64,000 nucleotides of DNA from Patescibacteria group bacterium (GCA_038065555.1 JBBTQS010000002.1:26399-90398), one strand, 5' to 3'; shown: positions 9,813-19,877, numbered from the stretch's first letter. Notes: generated by a model from the sequence alone, not told the origin. Made by a program: numbers and translations.

Positions 9813-10280
9813 ATGGGAAGACCTCTACCATCTCGCCCCGACCCCTCAGCCCTGCGCAACCAAATTCGTTTTGGTAGCTCGATTTCGGATATGGCAGCCA
9901 ATCGCGTGCTCAAGAATGCGAATTTGCCCACGGATCGGCCACTGACACTGCACGAACAAGCAGAGGTTCGACGCAAGGCGGCGCGTATGCAGCGCAATAT
10001 TACGTATGACCGTCGCAAGGAGAACTACGAATCGTACAAAGCAGAAATCGCCGCAGAACAATCTGGCCAAGCCTCACAACAAAAAACGCCCGGTGGTCCG
10101 GTACGTCAGGTGGCTCACGGTGTAGCTGCGCAGGCAGATGCAGCAATGAAAAGTCACGGTGTCAGTGCAAAAAGCGCGGGAACTACAGGACTAGCAGGCG
10201 CACCAGGCGCCATGAAGAAAGCATCGTCACCTGTTCAACCATCAACACCGCCACCGCTACTCAAGGACATCATGTTTTGA
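9813..10280 (+). CDS. Hypothetical low-complexity protein
   Basis: 155-aa ORF, extended -10 TGtTATACT just upstream; 3' end overlaps convergent rpe. Confidence 0.6.
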   Translation: MGRPLPSRPDPSALRNQIRFGSSISDMAANRVLKNANLPTDRPLTLHEQAEVRRKAARMQRNITYDRRKENYESYKAEIAAEQSGQASQQKTPGGPVRQVAHGVAAQADAAMKSHGVSAKSAGTTGLAGAPGAMKKASSPVQPSTPPPLLKDIMF

Positions 10281-10924
10281 TTGAGACGTTCGAGTGTGCC
10301 AACAGGATCAGCAGCACTAAATATTTCACTTGCCATCACGAGTTCATCGGCACCGAGCGCCACCAAGTGCTCGGTGTTGGTTTCGTGCACACCACCATCA
10401 ACGATGAATCGTTGTGATTGAGGGAATGCAGTTCGCACTTGTGTCATGAGTGAGGCGAGCTCTGGCAAATGCATGCGCTGTCCGGAAAATCCAATGTTCT
10501 CGATACCCATAACGAGGTGCCCAGCGGGGGACATGGGCGCAATGACAGCTGCGTAAGGTGCAGGATTGGTGAGTAATCGCCATCCGATAAAAAGTTCTGC
10601 ATTGAGTTGTTTGCATGCTGCGACAATGCGAGCACTATCAAAAGTTGTCGCCTCTGCGTGCACGATCACGCGCGCAACATCTCGCACCCCGGACCAGGAT
10701 TCTAGAACCAGATCAGGTCGGTCAACCATGAGGTGTAATTCCAGACGTGGTCTGGGTTCTGTCCATGATGCGAGTATTGCAGGATCTGCCCATGATGTAC
10801 GCGGAACGAACGATCCGTCACACACATCAATATGCACAACGTCGGTATGACCAGTGCACAGTGCGAGCCGCTCGTGAAAAACCGCTGGGCTGTCTACAAG
10901 AATGGAAGGAATGACCCGCGGCAT
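10235..10924 (-). CDS. rpe: Ribulose-phosphate 3-epimerase
   Basis: VIPSIL, HIDVCDGSFVP, ELHLMV, GFSGQ, VDGGV; start at MPRV. Confidence 0.9.
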   Translation of the reverse strand: MPRVIPSILVDSPAVFHERLALCTGHTDVVHIDVCDGSFVPRTSWADPAILASWTEPRPRLELHLMVDRPDLVLESWSGVRDVARVIVHAEATTFDSARIVAACKQLNAELFIGWRLLTNPAPYAAVIAPMSPAGHLVMGIENIGFSGQRMHLPELASLMTQVRTAFPQSQRFIVDGGVHETNTEHLVALGADELVMASEIFSAADPVGTLERLNQNMMSLSSGGGVDG

Positions 10925-10943
10925 AGCGATTTTGGTTGTAGGA

Positions 10944-11414
10944 TTATTCGCCCGAAGCTTCGATAGCTTCGATTTTTGCAAGACGACGCTTGAAACGACC
11001 TTCTTCTGTGAAAGGAGTCTCGAGCCAAATGCGTGTGATGGCGCGCGCGTATTCGTGGGAGAGCACTTTGCCAGCAAGACAGAGAATATTGGTGTTGTCG
11101 TCTGAGCGCATGGTGCGTGCTGCGAGTGTGTTGTATCCGATTCCTGCGCGGATTCCCTTGAACTTGTTGGCTGCAATGCAGACGCCGATGCCGTTGGCAC
11201 AGATGAGGATGCCGAAATTGGTTTTGCCACGTCGGACCTTCTTCACTACTTTTTCGGCAATATCTGGGAAGTCGTCGTCAGCAACCATGGTAGCGGAACC
11301 CACGTCTTCGATCTCAAAAGGAGCGATACCATTAACGGTTTGCTCGGAGAGATGTTTGATGAGGTCGGCTTTGAGATCGAATCCCGCGTGATCCGCGCCG
11401 ATGTAGATCTTCAT
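10944..11414 (-). CDS. rpiB: Ribose-5-phosphate isomerase B
   Basis: GADHAG, CANGIG, ANKFKGIRA, RFKRRL. Confidence 0.93.
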   Translation of the reverse strand: MKIYIGADHAGFDLKADLIKHLSEQTVNGIAPFEIEDVGSATMVADDDFPDIAEKVVKKVRRGKTNFGILICANGIGVCIAANKFKGIRAGIGYNTLAARTMRSDDNTNILCLAGKVLSHEYARAITRIWLETPFTEEGRFKRRLAKIEAIEASGE

Positions 11415-11463
11415 ATAGGGGTGTGTTCAAGATGAAAATAGTATAGCACAGGTTGGGGTGGAG

Positions 11464-11492
11464 TTGACATTCCTGGCCAGAATTGCTATATT
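11464..11492 (+). promoter_or_regulatory. Sigma70 promoter of accessory gene
   Basis: TTGACA-17-TATATT. Confidence 0.7.
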
Positions 11493-11564
11493 TCATCGTC
11501 ATTTGCGACGTCGTGTCGCAGGTGTTCAATCGCAAAACCAGCAGAAATGCAAGAGGAGGTGTCT

Positions 11565-12236
11565 ATGTTGGCACATTGCTGGACCGCGACGGATCTGGGT
11601 ATTCGACACGGAGTTCATCTCGTGGACAGAGGTGATGGATGGCCGCACATTCCACTGGGCATTCCCGGTGCAGACGAGCGCAGCGAGCGGCGGTTCGATC
11701 TCATCGTCGATTCGCAGTATTCTCCACCGTTCTACGGGGAGATGGGCGATGATCTTCGGGAGGTCGCCGTGTTCGGGGACAAGAATTTCGTTAAGCTCGC
11801 ACATCCCAGCCTGCTCAACAAGGATGAGAAGGAGGTCGACTACGTGCTGCTGTTCGTCGATACCCGATGTACGAACGTGCAGCCAATGATCGATGGCTGC
11901 TTCAAGTTCCATACAGGCTCGCTTCGCGGCAAGACGGCGCGAGTCGTTGGCCGGATCGGGCATGGTACGTACAACGATGGTGGCTATCGGTGGCAGCACC
12001 TGGCCATTGCATTGCCTCCAGGGAGCGCGGTGTGCATTCGGTTCGCCGGTGGTGAGACCGAGAACACGTTCTTCCATGAGCCGTACCCACTGCTCGAGCG
12101 GATGCGGCTCGTGGAGATGAGCAAGGCCGACTGGCGGCGACGTCTGGGACGCAATGCGCGCCACGCGGCAGTTCTGGAGCAAGAGCGTGCGCGATTGGGT
12201 GCGTGGCGGTACCCGCAGGCGGAGGCTGGTCAGTAG
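11565..12236 (+). CDS. Hypothetical protein (solo accessory gene)
   Basis: Strong SD GAGGAGGT before ATG 11565; own promoter and terminator. Confidence 0.7.
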   Translation: MLAHCWTATDLGIRHGVHLVDRGDGWPHIPLGIPGADERSERRFDLIVDSQYSPPFYGEMGDDLREVAVFGDKNFVKLAHPSLLNKDEKEVDYVLLFVDTRCTNVQPMIDGCFKFHTGSLRGKTARVVGRIGHGTYNDGGYRWQHLAIALPPGSAVCIRFAGGETENTFFHEPYPLLERMRLVEMSKADWRRRLGRNARHAAVLEQERARLGAWRYPQAEAGQ

Positions 12237-12273
12237 ACTGGCTTCGCGACGTCGCGCACAACAACACAACGCC

Positions 12274-12316
12274 AACACACCCTCGGATCAACACGGTCCG
12301 GGGGTGCGTTCTTTTG
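12274..12316 (+). terminator. Intrinsic terminator
   Basis: CACCCTCGGA/TCCGGGGGTG stem followed by TTCTTTT. Confidence 0.6.
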
Positions 12317-12417
12317 CAGGTTGACTTTTTTGGTAGATTTGGTCTACTGGTGGCAGCACGAATGGTTCGAGGCTCGTGCACGATCTGTGCGCACAACCAC
12401 CGAAAGGGAGAGTAAGC

Positions 12418-13677
12418 ATGGCAAGACGACGTGGGAGTAATCCACCGCCGAATCCTCCTCCAGATGATGAACGCGGGTTCCTGGAGCGATTGGCCTGGGA
12501 AATCTTCTGCGACTGGGATTTCCTGTCCGTCATGGGTAAGCTGGTCGCCGCGGTATTTGTTGCGGTGTGGATGGGCTTCTTCGGGAAGGATGATCCACCC
12601 GAGCCTGAGACATCGGTCGAGCAGACCACGACTCCAGTCGAGGCAACAGTCACGACGCCAATCGAGAACCTCAAGGACTGGAAAATCCAGGATGTACGGA
12701 CCCCGGACGAAGTCGACAAGCAACTCGCGGTCGAGTTCAGTGTGTGTTTGCTCGGGCAAGGACTCGCGCAACGCACCTCGGACATCGAGTTCTGGTTCGA
12801 AAGAACTCTCGCGACAACGCGTCCACTCTCGCTCCGACGAGAGGGTCAGGGAATCGTGAGTCGGTTTTGTTCCAGTGCGTTCACCCTTGCATCATCCATC
12901 GAGATGAGGGAGGTGTGGCGCTACGGAATTTCGCCGACTGACTCGTTGGCGATCACCGCTTTGCCATATAGTTGGGAGTGGTGGTCGCGTCCAGTTGGCA
13001 CACCGGAGTGGAGACTCCTGGGGGAAGTACCTGGGACAGGGATGACGAAAGTCGTCGCGGTCTACGGCCCTTTTCCCGAAGTGCGACAAGGAGAATCCGT
13101 CATCACACCGCAGGCTTCGTCCGGGACAGCGACACCGGATCAGCCCAGCAGTGCACCTGTTCAGGTCTACCGTATCGGAGATATTCGAACGCCCAAACAG
13201 CGCGAGCGCGGCGCAAAGGTGGAATTCGCCTTCTGTCTCGAAGAGGTAGAGCGAAAGCGTCGCAAGAGTATTACGCTCTACTTCGGTAGGACTGGTGAGC
13301 AGGTTCGAGATCTGACGCTTGTTCGTGAGAAGACTGAGGGCGGCGACATGTTCTTTTGCTCGAAGTCGTTCGTTCTCTCTTCTGAGAAGGCGATGATGGA
13401 AGATTGGGTGTATGAAATTGCAGCAGCACAACGCGCTGATTTGCAAGAGCAACCGCCCAAAATGGTGTGGTGGACCAGGGTGCGGAACTCTGGGAGTGAT
13501 TGGACGCCAATCGCGACCCACCATTTCGATGTACACAGGAGTCACGCCTTTCGCGTGAGCTACACCATGACGTCCCCGACGCACAGTAGTAGCGGGGCAA
13601 AGCCGAAAGCGAAGAAGATCAAGCCGTTGGCCACAAAGAAGGAGTCTTTCCAGATTAAAGGGCTCGGCGCGATTTGA
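12418..13677 (+). CDS. Membrane-anchored hypothetical protein with two tandem homologous domains
   Basis: TM LVAAVFVAVWMGFF, P/T linker, repeats WKIQDVRTP..VEFSVCL..FCSSAFTL..WRY and YRIGDIRTP..VEFAFCL..FCSKSFVL..WVY. Confidence 0.7.
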   Translation: MARRRGSNPPPNPPPDDERGFLERLAWEIFCDWDFLSVMGKLVAAVFVAVWMGFFGKDDPPEPETSVEQTTTPVEATVTTPIENLKDWKIQDVRTPDEVDKQLAVEFSVCLLGQGLAQRTSDIEFWFERTLATTRPLSLRREGQGIVSRFCSSAFTLASSIEMREVWRYGISPTDSLAITALPYSWEWWSRPVGTPEWRLLGEVPGTGMTKVVAVYGPFPEVRQGESVITPQASSGTATPDQPSSAPVQVYRIGDIRTPKQRERGAKVEFAFCLEEVERKRRKSITLYFGRTGEQVRDLTLVREKTEGGDMFFCSKSFVLSSEKAMMEDWVYEIAAAQRADLQEQPPKMVWWTRVRNSGSDWTPIATHHFDVHRSHAFRVSYTMTSPTHSSSGAKPKAKKIKPLATKKESFQIKGLGAI

Positions 13678-13686
13678 TCACCAACC

Positions 13687-13731
13687 AACACGGACTCCGG
13701 TTACCAACAAGGTAGCCGGAGTACTGTTTTT
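13687..13731 (+). terminator. Intrinsic terminator
   Basis: ACTCCGGTTACC-aacaa-GGTAGCCGGAGT then TGTTTTT. Confidence 0.7.
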
Positions 13732-13783
13732 ACTAGACAAAATCACGGATTTCGCGGTAAAGTTGGATATATCTGAACTGACT

Positions 13784-16702
13784 ATGCCTACCGCGCCGTT
13801 TGCACAATGGGAGAAGGAAATCGCTCAATACTGGGATGATTCTGATGCGTTCAAGAAGTCGCTCGAGCTTCGACGCGCTGGGAAGCCGTATGTTTTTTAT
13901 GATGGCCCTCCTTTTGCGACTGGGCTGCCTCATTATGGGCATTTGTTGGCGTCTACAATCAAGGATATTTTCCCACGGTTTGAGACCATGCGCGGACGGT
14001 ATGTGGAACGCGTGTGGGGTTGGGATTGTCACGGATTGCCGATTGAGAACATTGTAGAGAAGGATCGTCAGCTTGCGACCAAGAAGGATATCGAAGCGTT
14101 CGGCGTGGCAGCGTTCAATGACGCATGCCGCGACACCGTGCTCACGTACGCAGGAGAGTGGAAAAAAACGATTCGCAGACTCGGACGTTGGGTCGACATG
14201 GATCGCGCGTACAAAACCATGGATACCACGTTCATGGAATCAACGTGGTGGGTCTTTGCGCAATTGTGGAAGAAGGGGCTCATCTACGAAGGACACAAGG
14301 CAATGCATATTTGTCCACGATGTGTGACGCCGCTGTCTAATTTTGAAGTTGCACAAGGATATAAGGATGTGAAGGATCTCAGTGCTACGGCGAAATTCCG
14401 CGTACGCAATGCGAGCGAAAAGCTCGGTGTCGAAGGTGATGTGCGCGTGCTTGCGTGGACCACAACACCATGGACATTTCCAGGAAATGTGTTGCTTGCG
14501 GTGGGTGCGGAGATTGTGTATGCCGTGGTGAAGATCGAAGGTGATGAGACAGTGTATATTGCTGCGAAGGAGCGTCTCAATGAGATGATCGACAACAAGA
14601 AGTACGAAGTGGTGCGTGAGTTGCCTGGCTCTGCGCTTGTTGGTCTGACGTATGAACCGCTCTTCTCATACTATGCGTCGACGCCTAACGCGTTTCGCGT
14701 CGTTGCAGCAGATTTCGTGACCACAGAGAGTGGTACTGGCGTGGTGCACATTGCACCGGCATTTGGTGAAGATGACTACAATGTAGGCAAACGTGAAGAC
14801 GTGGGGATGGTGCAGCACGTGGGGATGGACGGCGTGTTCCGTCCCGAAGTCACAGACTTCGCCGGGCGTGAAGTGAAACCCAAAGATGATCCAACAGCAA
14901 CTGATGTCGAGATCATCAAATGGCTTGCGCATCATGACGCGCTCTTTTCCAAGGCGAAGTATGAGCATAGCTATCCGCATTGCTGGCGTTGTGATACGCC
15001 ACTGCTCAACTACACAACGAGTAGTTGGTTCGTGAAGGTGACGCACCTCACGGATGATTTGCTTGCGACCAATGAGAAGACGCACTGGGTGCCAGGACAC
15101 ATCAAGGACGGACGATTCGGAAAGTGGCTTGAGGGTGCTCGCGACTGGGCAGTGTCTCGTAATCGATTCTGGGGAACGCCATTGCCAATATGGAAGTCTG
15201 AAGATGGTGATGTGCTGTGCTTTGGGTCGGTCGCAGAGCTCGAGGAAGCATGTGGAAAACCTGTGGACGATTTGCACAAGCAACATGTGGACGCAATTGT
15301 GATCGAAAAAGATGGAAAGACATACCGTCGCATACCAGAAGTACTCGACTGCTGGTTCGAGTCTGGTTCGATGCCGTACGGACAGTTGCATTATCCATTC
15401 GAGAATAAGGCGAAGTTTGAGGCAGGATTTCCTGCAGAATTTATTGGCGAAGGTCAGGATCAGACGCGTGGTTGGTTCTACACGTTGCATGTACTTGCAA
15501 CAGCGCTCACGCGTGGAGAGAATCCATCGATCACTGTGGAAGGTGGAATGGTTCCTGCGTTTCGTAACGTCATTGTTAACGGTATTATTCTTGCCGAGGA
15601 TGGCAAGAAAATGTCCAAGCGCCTGAAGAACTATCCAGATCCTGTGGAGATTGTTGAGAAGTATTCTGCGGATGCACTTCGCTGGTATCTCGCTGCATCT
15701 CCTGTGGTACGTGCGGAGGAGCTGCGATTCTCCGAGCGCGAAGTGGACGAAGTCTACAAGAAGACCATGCTCATCTTCTGGAACGTTGTAGAATTCTTGC
15801 AGCTCTACACCAAGGATGGTGCGCTTGCAGGTGGAACCGTGGCTGGCACAGGAAATGTGCTCGACCGCTGGATTATGGCGCGCTTGCACCAACTCACCGG
15901 TACGGTAACGCGCTCACTCGAAGCGTACGATTTGGTTACGGCAACGCATAGCATCGCAGATTTCATCACCGAGTTGTCGCAGTGGTATGTGCGTCGTTCG
16001 CGTGATCGATTCAAGGAACCTACGGACGACGCGCGCGCAGCTGCAGCAACACTGCACGATGTTGTAATGACGGTTGCGAAGTTGATGGCACCGTTTGCGC
16101 CGTTCATTAGTGAGAAGGCGTACATGACACTCGGTGGCGAGAAGGCGTCGGTGCATCATGAGGATTGGCCGACAGCAGGAGCAGTAGATGCTGGTGTTAT
16201 TGAACAGATGGAGAGCGCGCGCAAGATTGTAGAAATGGGACTTGCAGCGCGCGCAGAGGCGAAGATGAAGATTCGTCAGCCGCTTGCAGCACTCCATGTC
16301 ACCGGTGTTGCGGTAGATGCCGCATTTGCAGAAATCATTGCTGATGAATTGAATGTGAAGGTAGTGGATGCTTCGACGGATGAATCTGGTATCACCAAGG
16401 AAGCCGCTGGAATTCGCATTGTGCTTGATATCACAATCACGGATAGCTTGCGCCAAGAAGGTGTTGCGCGTGAGTTGGTTCGCGCTATTAATGAGCAGCG
16501 CAAGCAACTCGGATTCACGATTGCCGATCACGCTGTGGTGTCCGTAGCGAGTGAGTCATCGTGGTTGCGCGATGCGATTGCAGCACATATGAATACCATG
16601 AGTACTCAGGCGCGGGCAACGATCACTGTGCAGGCCGAAGTTGCTGGTGAACCAACGCTCATCTTCGATGAAGGTGCTGTGCATATTACTGTAACGAAAT
16701 AA
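13784..16702 (+). CDS. ileS: Isoleucyl-tRNA synthetase, type 2
   Basis: DGPPFATGLPHYGH, WDCHGLP, WTTTPWT, DQTRGWF, KMSKR; no C-terminal Zn finger seen. Confidence 0.96.
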   Translation: MPTAPFAQWEKEIAQYWDDSDAFKKSLELRRAGKPYVFYDGPPFATGLPHYGHLLASTIKDIFPRFETMRGRYVERVWGWDCHGLPIENIVEKDRQLATKKDIEAFGVAAFNDACRDTVLTYAGEWKKTIRRLGRWVDMDRAYKTMDTTFMESTWWVFAQLWKKGLIYEGHKAMHICPRCVTPLSNFEVAQGYKDVKDLSATAKFRVRNASEKLGVEGDVRVLAWTTTPWTFPGNVLLAVGAEIVYAVVKIEGDETVYIAAKERLNEMIDNKKYEVVRELPGSALVGLTYEPLFSYYASTPNAFRVVAADFVTTESGTGVVHIAPAFGEDDYNVGKREDVGMVQHVGMDGVFRPEVTDFAGREVKPKDDPTATDVEIIKWLAHHDALFSKAKYEHSYPHCWRCDTPLLNYTTSSWFVKVTHLTDDLLATNEKTHWVPGHIKDGRFGKWLEGARDWAVSRNRFWGTPLPIWKSEDGDVLCFGSVAELEEACGKPVDDLHKQHVDAIVIEKDGKTYRRIPEVLDCWFESGSMPYGQLHYPFENKAKFEAGFPAEFIGEGQDQTRGWFYTLHVLATALTRGENPSITVEGGMVPAFRNVIVNGIILAEDGKKMSKRLKNYPDPVEIVEKYSADALRWYLAASPVVRAEELRFSEREVDEVYKKTMLIFWNVVEFLQLYTKDGALAGGTVAGTGNVLDRWIMARLHQLTGTVTRSLEAYDLVTATHSIADFITELSQWYVRRSRDRFKEPTDDARAAAATLHDVVMTVAKLMAPFAPFISEKAYMTLGGEKASVHHEDWPTAGAVDAGVIEQMESARKIVEMGLAARAEAKMKIRQPLAALHVTGVAVDAAFAEIIADELNVKVVDASTDESGITKEAAGIRIVLDITITDSLRQEGVARELVRAINEQRKQLGFTIADHAVVSVASESSWLRDAIAAHMNTMSTQARATITVQAEVAGEPTLIFDEGAVHITVTK

Positions 16703-16706
16703 ATCT

Positions 16707-18164
16707 ATGCAGTGGACCATTCGTACTGCGCCGCTACCATCAGAGATTTTGCCACTGCTTGTTGTTCCTGTTTTTACGGGGGACAAGGCGCTCAAGGATT
16801 ATCCTGTCGTGAGTGAGGATTTTGATGCAAAATTTGGCAAAACACAGCTCCTGTATACCGATCCAGGTATGGGTGCAGCACGTGTGTTGTTGGTGGGGCT
16901 GGGTGAGCGAAAAGCGTTCAACATCATTCGCCTACAGCGTGCGTTAGGTATTGCAACAATCACTGCGCAGAGCAAGAAGCTCAGTACATTCGGTATTCTC
17001 ATGCACGAGGCGTTCTTCAAGAAGTGCAAGCCGTTGGAGTTGGGTGAGCATATTGCGCGTGCAGTGAAGGGGGCGGCGTATAGTTATGACGCATACAAGA
17101 GTAACGAGGAGCGACATGTACCTGCGGTTGAGGCTGTGACGTTGTTGCAAGTTCCAGCAGTGCGTCGCACCGCGATTGAACGGGGACTGGTTGCCGGAAC
17201 GAGCATTGCAAATGCGATTGCACTCGTGCGCGACCTGGGCAACACGCCACCAATGATCATGACACCAACCAAGTTGGCAGAAGCTGCGATGGATGTAGCG
17301 TCTGAGTATCCCAAGACTGTGAAGTGTGAAGTCATGGATCGCGAGCAGATGCTCGAGCTCGGTATGGGCGGAGTGCTCGGTGTGGCAGCAGGATCGGCAG
17401 AACCGCCGAAGTTCATCATCATGGAGTACAACAATACACCAAAGGCTGGCGCGCCGATTGTGCTCGTGGGCAAGGGGATTACCTTTGACTCTGGTGGAAT
17501 TTCGATCAAACCTGCGGACAAAATGGATGAGATGAAGTTCGATATGCTCGGCGGTGCGACGGTGATCGGCACGATCGCAGCTATTGCCGCATTACAATTG
17601 CGCGTGCGTGTTATTGGTCTCATTCCTGCAACAGAAAACTTGCCAGGTGGGAGTGCGTATCGACCAGGAGATATTTTGCGCACAATGAGTGGTAAGACGA
17701 TCGAAGTACTGAATACGGATGCTGAGGGGCGCATTATTCTTGCTGATGCATTGTCGTATGCAACAACACTCAAGCCACGCATGTGCGTGGATCTCGCAAC
17801 ACTCACGGGTGCGTGTGTTGTAGCGCTTGGTACTGAGCGCGCAGGACTCTTCAGTCAGGATACAAAAGTAGTGAACCTCATCGAGGCAGCGGCAGCATAT
17901 ACGGGAGATCAGGTGTGGCGTATGCCGCTGGGCGAGGAGTATAGCGAAGCGATTGTCTCGGAGATTGCTGATGTGAAGAATATTAGTGGCCGAGATGGTA
18001 GCTCGAGCGCAGCTGCTGCATTTCTTGCAGAGTTCGTGGACTATCCATGGGCGCATCTGGATATTGCGGGGACTGCATGGAATATGAAATCCAAGCCGTG
18101 GTTGCGTGCAGGAGCAACAGGTCACGGAGTGCACCTCATGGTGGAATTTCTTCGCAACGTATGA
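16707..18164 (+). CDS. pepA: Leucyl aminopeptidase (M17)
   Basis: GKGITFDSGG, MKFDM, NTDAEGR, ATLTGA, HLDIAG. Confidence 0.95.
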   Translation: MQWTIRTAPLPSEILPLLVVPVFTGDKALKDYPVVSEDFDAKFGKTQLLYTDPGMGAARVLLVGLGERKAFNIIRLQRALGIATITAQSKKLSTFGILMHEAFFKKCKPLELGEHIARAVKGAAYSYDAYKSNEERHVPAVEAVTLLQVPAVRRTAIERGLVAGTSIANAIALVRDLGNTPPMIMTPTKLAEAAMDVASEYPKTVKCEVMDREQMLELGMGGVLGVAAGSAEPPKFIIMEYNNTPKAGAPIVLVGKGITFDSGGISIKPADKMDEMKFDMLGGATVIGTIAAIAALQLRVRVIGLIPATENLPGGSAYRPGDILRTMSGKTIEVLNTDAEGRIILADALSYATTLKPRMCVDLATLTGACVVALGTERAGLFSQDTKVVNLIEAAAAYTGDQVWRMPLGEEYSEAIVSEIADVKNISGRDGSSSAAAAFLAEFVDYPWAHLDIAGTAWNMKSKPWLRAGATGHGVHLMVEFLRNV

Positions 18165-18748
18165 TCGTGCGCATCACAGGCGAAGTGGTAGAAAAGAGCG
18201 AAGCTGCGCTTGTGATACTTGCTGGAGGGCTCGGATATGAGGTGCTTGTGAATCCATCGGTTATCGAAGTCGCTCGCGTGGGAGAGTCGATCACACTCTC
18301 GACGTATTTCTCGATTCGAGAAAGTTCGCAGGAGCTCTTCGGGTTCACTTCGCGTGATTCATTAGGTCTCTTCAAACAACTGATTACTATTAGTGGTGTT
18401 GGTCCCAAGACTGCGCTGCATATTTTGTCACTTGGATCTGTTGAGGAGCTCACCGGTGCGATTAGTCGAGGAGACTTGGGGTATCTCACGAAGGTTGCGG
18501 GCGTGGGCAAGAAGACTGCGGAGCGCATTGTTGTGGAGCTTAAGGGCAAAGTTGCAGCAGTGAGCGCGACAACAGCGATGGCAGGTGGTAATACAGATGG
18601 CACAGCAGATCTCGTGGAGTTGCTTGCACAAATGGGGTATTCGCCAGAGGAAGCGCGTGATGCTGCGCGACACGCGATGGTGCTCTTGCCCGAAGCGTCG
18701 CTCGAAGTTCGGTTGCGCGCGGCGTTGCAATCTCTGGCGCGATCATAG
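18161..18748 (+). CDS. ruvA: Holliday junction DNA-binding subunit
   Basis: GGLGYEV, ISGVGPKTAL, GVGKKTAERIVVELK; ATGA overlap with pepA. Confidence 0.95.
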   Translation: MIVRITGEVVEKSEAALVILAGGLGYEVLVNPSVIEVARVGESITLSTYFSIRESSQELFGFTSRDSLGLFKQLITISGVGPKTALHILSLGSVEELTGAISRGDLGYLTKVAGVGKKTAERIVVELKGKVAAVSATTAMAGGNTDGTADLVELLAQMGYSPEEARDAARHAMVLLPEASLEVRLRAALQSLARS

Positions 18749-18751
18749 TCT

Positions 18752-19648
18752 ATGTCTCGATCCTTCCTCCAATCTTCTCAGTGGCTGCATTTCCTAGCAA
18801 CTGAAGGTCAGCAGATTCATGGTCAGCCACCTGAGTGGCAGTGGGTTGCGCGAAGTCTTGGGGTTTTTGGTACGTTTTGGTACGGCGGGCTGGTGCGCGG
18901 TGGTGGCGAAGATGTCACCCGTACGATACGTGAGGCACGTGCATCGGGGGCGATATTTCTGCGTGTGTCACCAGCTGATACAGAGACGTTCGATGCATTG
19001 GTGCTGTCTGCGCCGCGGATTGTTCGGGTGAGTGACGCACAGCCATCCACATCGTTGGTATTGGATTTGCGACCTGACGAAGCCACGCTCCTGAGCCAGT
19101 TCAAAACCAAAACGCGTTACAACATTGGCGTTGCGCAGCGACATGGTGTGCGTGTGGAAGTAGTACGCGCGCCGCTTGACGCTGAGACATTTGCGAAGGT
19201 GTGGGAGTTGTACGCAGACACAGCAAAGCGACATGGTATTCGTAATCATCCGCGTGCACACTACGAACAAGCGCCAGGTGAGTGGGTGTTGGCATGGCTC
19301 GGGGATGAGTTACTCAACGCGCATTTCTGTGTTGGGTATGATGGTGTGTATACCTATTTGTATGGCGCGTCGTCTGCAGCGCATAAGGATGTGATGGCGT
19401 CGTATCTCACGCAGTGGGTTACTATTCAACATGCGAAAAGTGCGGGGTACACTCACTATGATTTTTGGGGCATTGCGCCTGCAACTGCTGATGCGTCGCA
19501 TCCCTATCATGGGATCACGCGGTTCAAGGTGGGATTTGGTGGCGATGTTGTATCGTATCCAGGCACGTTTGAGATTCCTGTTGCACGCGGGCGTTACGCC
19601 TTGTATCGCGTTGCAAAATTAGTGCGATCATTGCTGCGAGGTAAATAG
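18752..19648 (+). CDS. FemABX/MurM-family peptidoglycan peptidyltransferase
   Basis: FLQSSQW, KTRYNI, YLYGASS, YDFWGI, GITRFKVGFGG. Confidence 0.88.
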   Translation: MSRSFLQSSQWLHFLATEGQQIHGQPPEWQWVARSLGVFGTFWYGGLVRGGGEDVTRTIREARASGAIFLRVSPADTETFDALVLSAPRIVRVSDAQPSTSLVLDLRPDEATLLSQFKTKTRYNIGVAQRHGVRVEVVRAPLDAETFAKVWELYADTAKRHGIRNHPRAHYEQAPGEWVLAWLGDELLNAHFCVGYDGVYTYLYGASSAAHKDVMASYLTQWVTIQHAKSAGYTHYDFWGIAPATADASHPYHGITRFKVGFGGDVVSYPGTFEIPVARGRYALYRVAKLVRSLLRGK

Positions 19649-19654
19649 CAAATC

Positions 19655-19726
19655 GCCTTCGTCGTTCAATGGATAGGACACAGGTTTCCGGTACCTGTGA
19701 TAGAGGTTCGATTCCTCTCGAGGGCA
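19655..19726 (+). tRNA. tRNA-Arg(CCG)
   Basis: Acceptor GCCTTCG/CGAGGGC, anticodon arm CAGGT-TTCCGGT-ACCTG, T loop TTCGATT; no encoded CCA. Confidence 0.95.
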
Positions 19727-19877
19727 CAGCCATTCATTCTTTCTGGGGTACAACGTTCCATTCCCTAACCGGGAATGGCCGTCTCGTTCTCGGTCGGCCG
19801 GACAACGGTCCGTCTTTTTGCGTTTTCTGCTGACCGGCCGTCCTGCGAAAGCCCCCAGAAAGAATGAATGGCTGTGC
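19724..19877 (+). repeat. Family-1 structured palindromic element, copy C
   Basis: Perfect 25-bp arms 19724-19748/19853-19877 starting inside the tRNA 3' end; core shares 49 nt and CCTGCGAAAGCCCC with copy A. Confidence 0.9.

Noticed and set aside
14666-15892. 408-aa minus-strand ORF and similar antisense ORFs over aaRS, uvrA and copA
   Set aside because: Codon-bias shadows of well-supported genes
19745-19856. Tn3-like MITE (GGGG...CCCC ends)
   Set aside because: No 38-bp conserved TIR and no 5-bp direct target duplication; the flanks are inverted instead
19727-19877. HDV-like/theta ribozyme after the tRNA
   Set aside because: Could not build the nested double pseudoknot by eye; the covarying stems are simple hairpins
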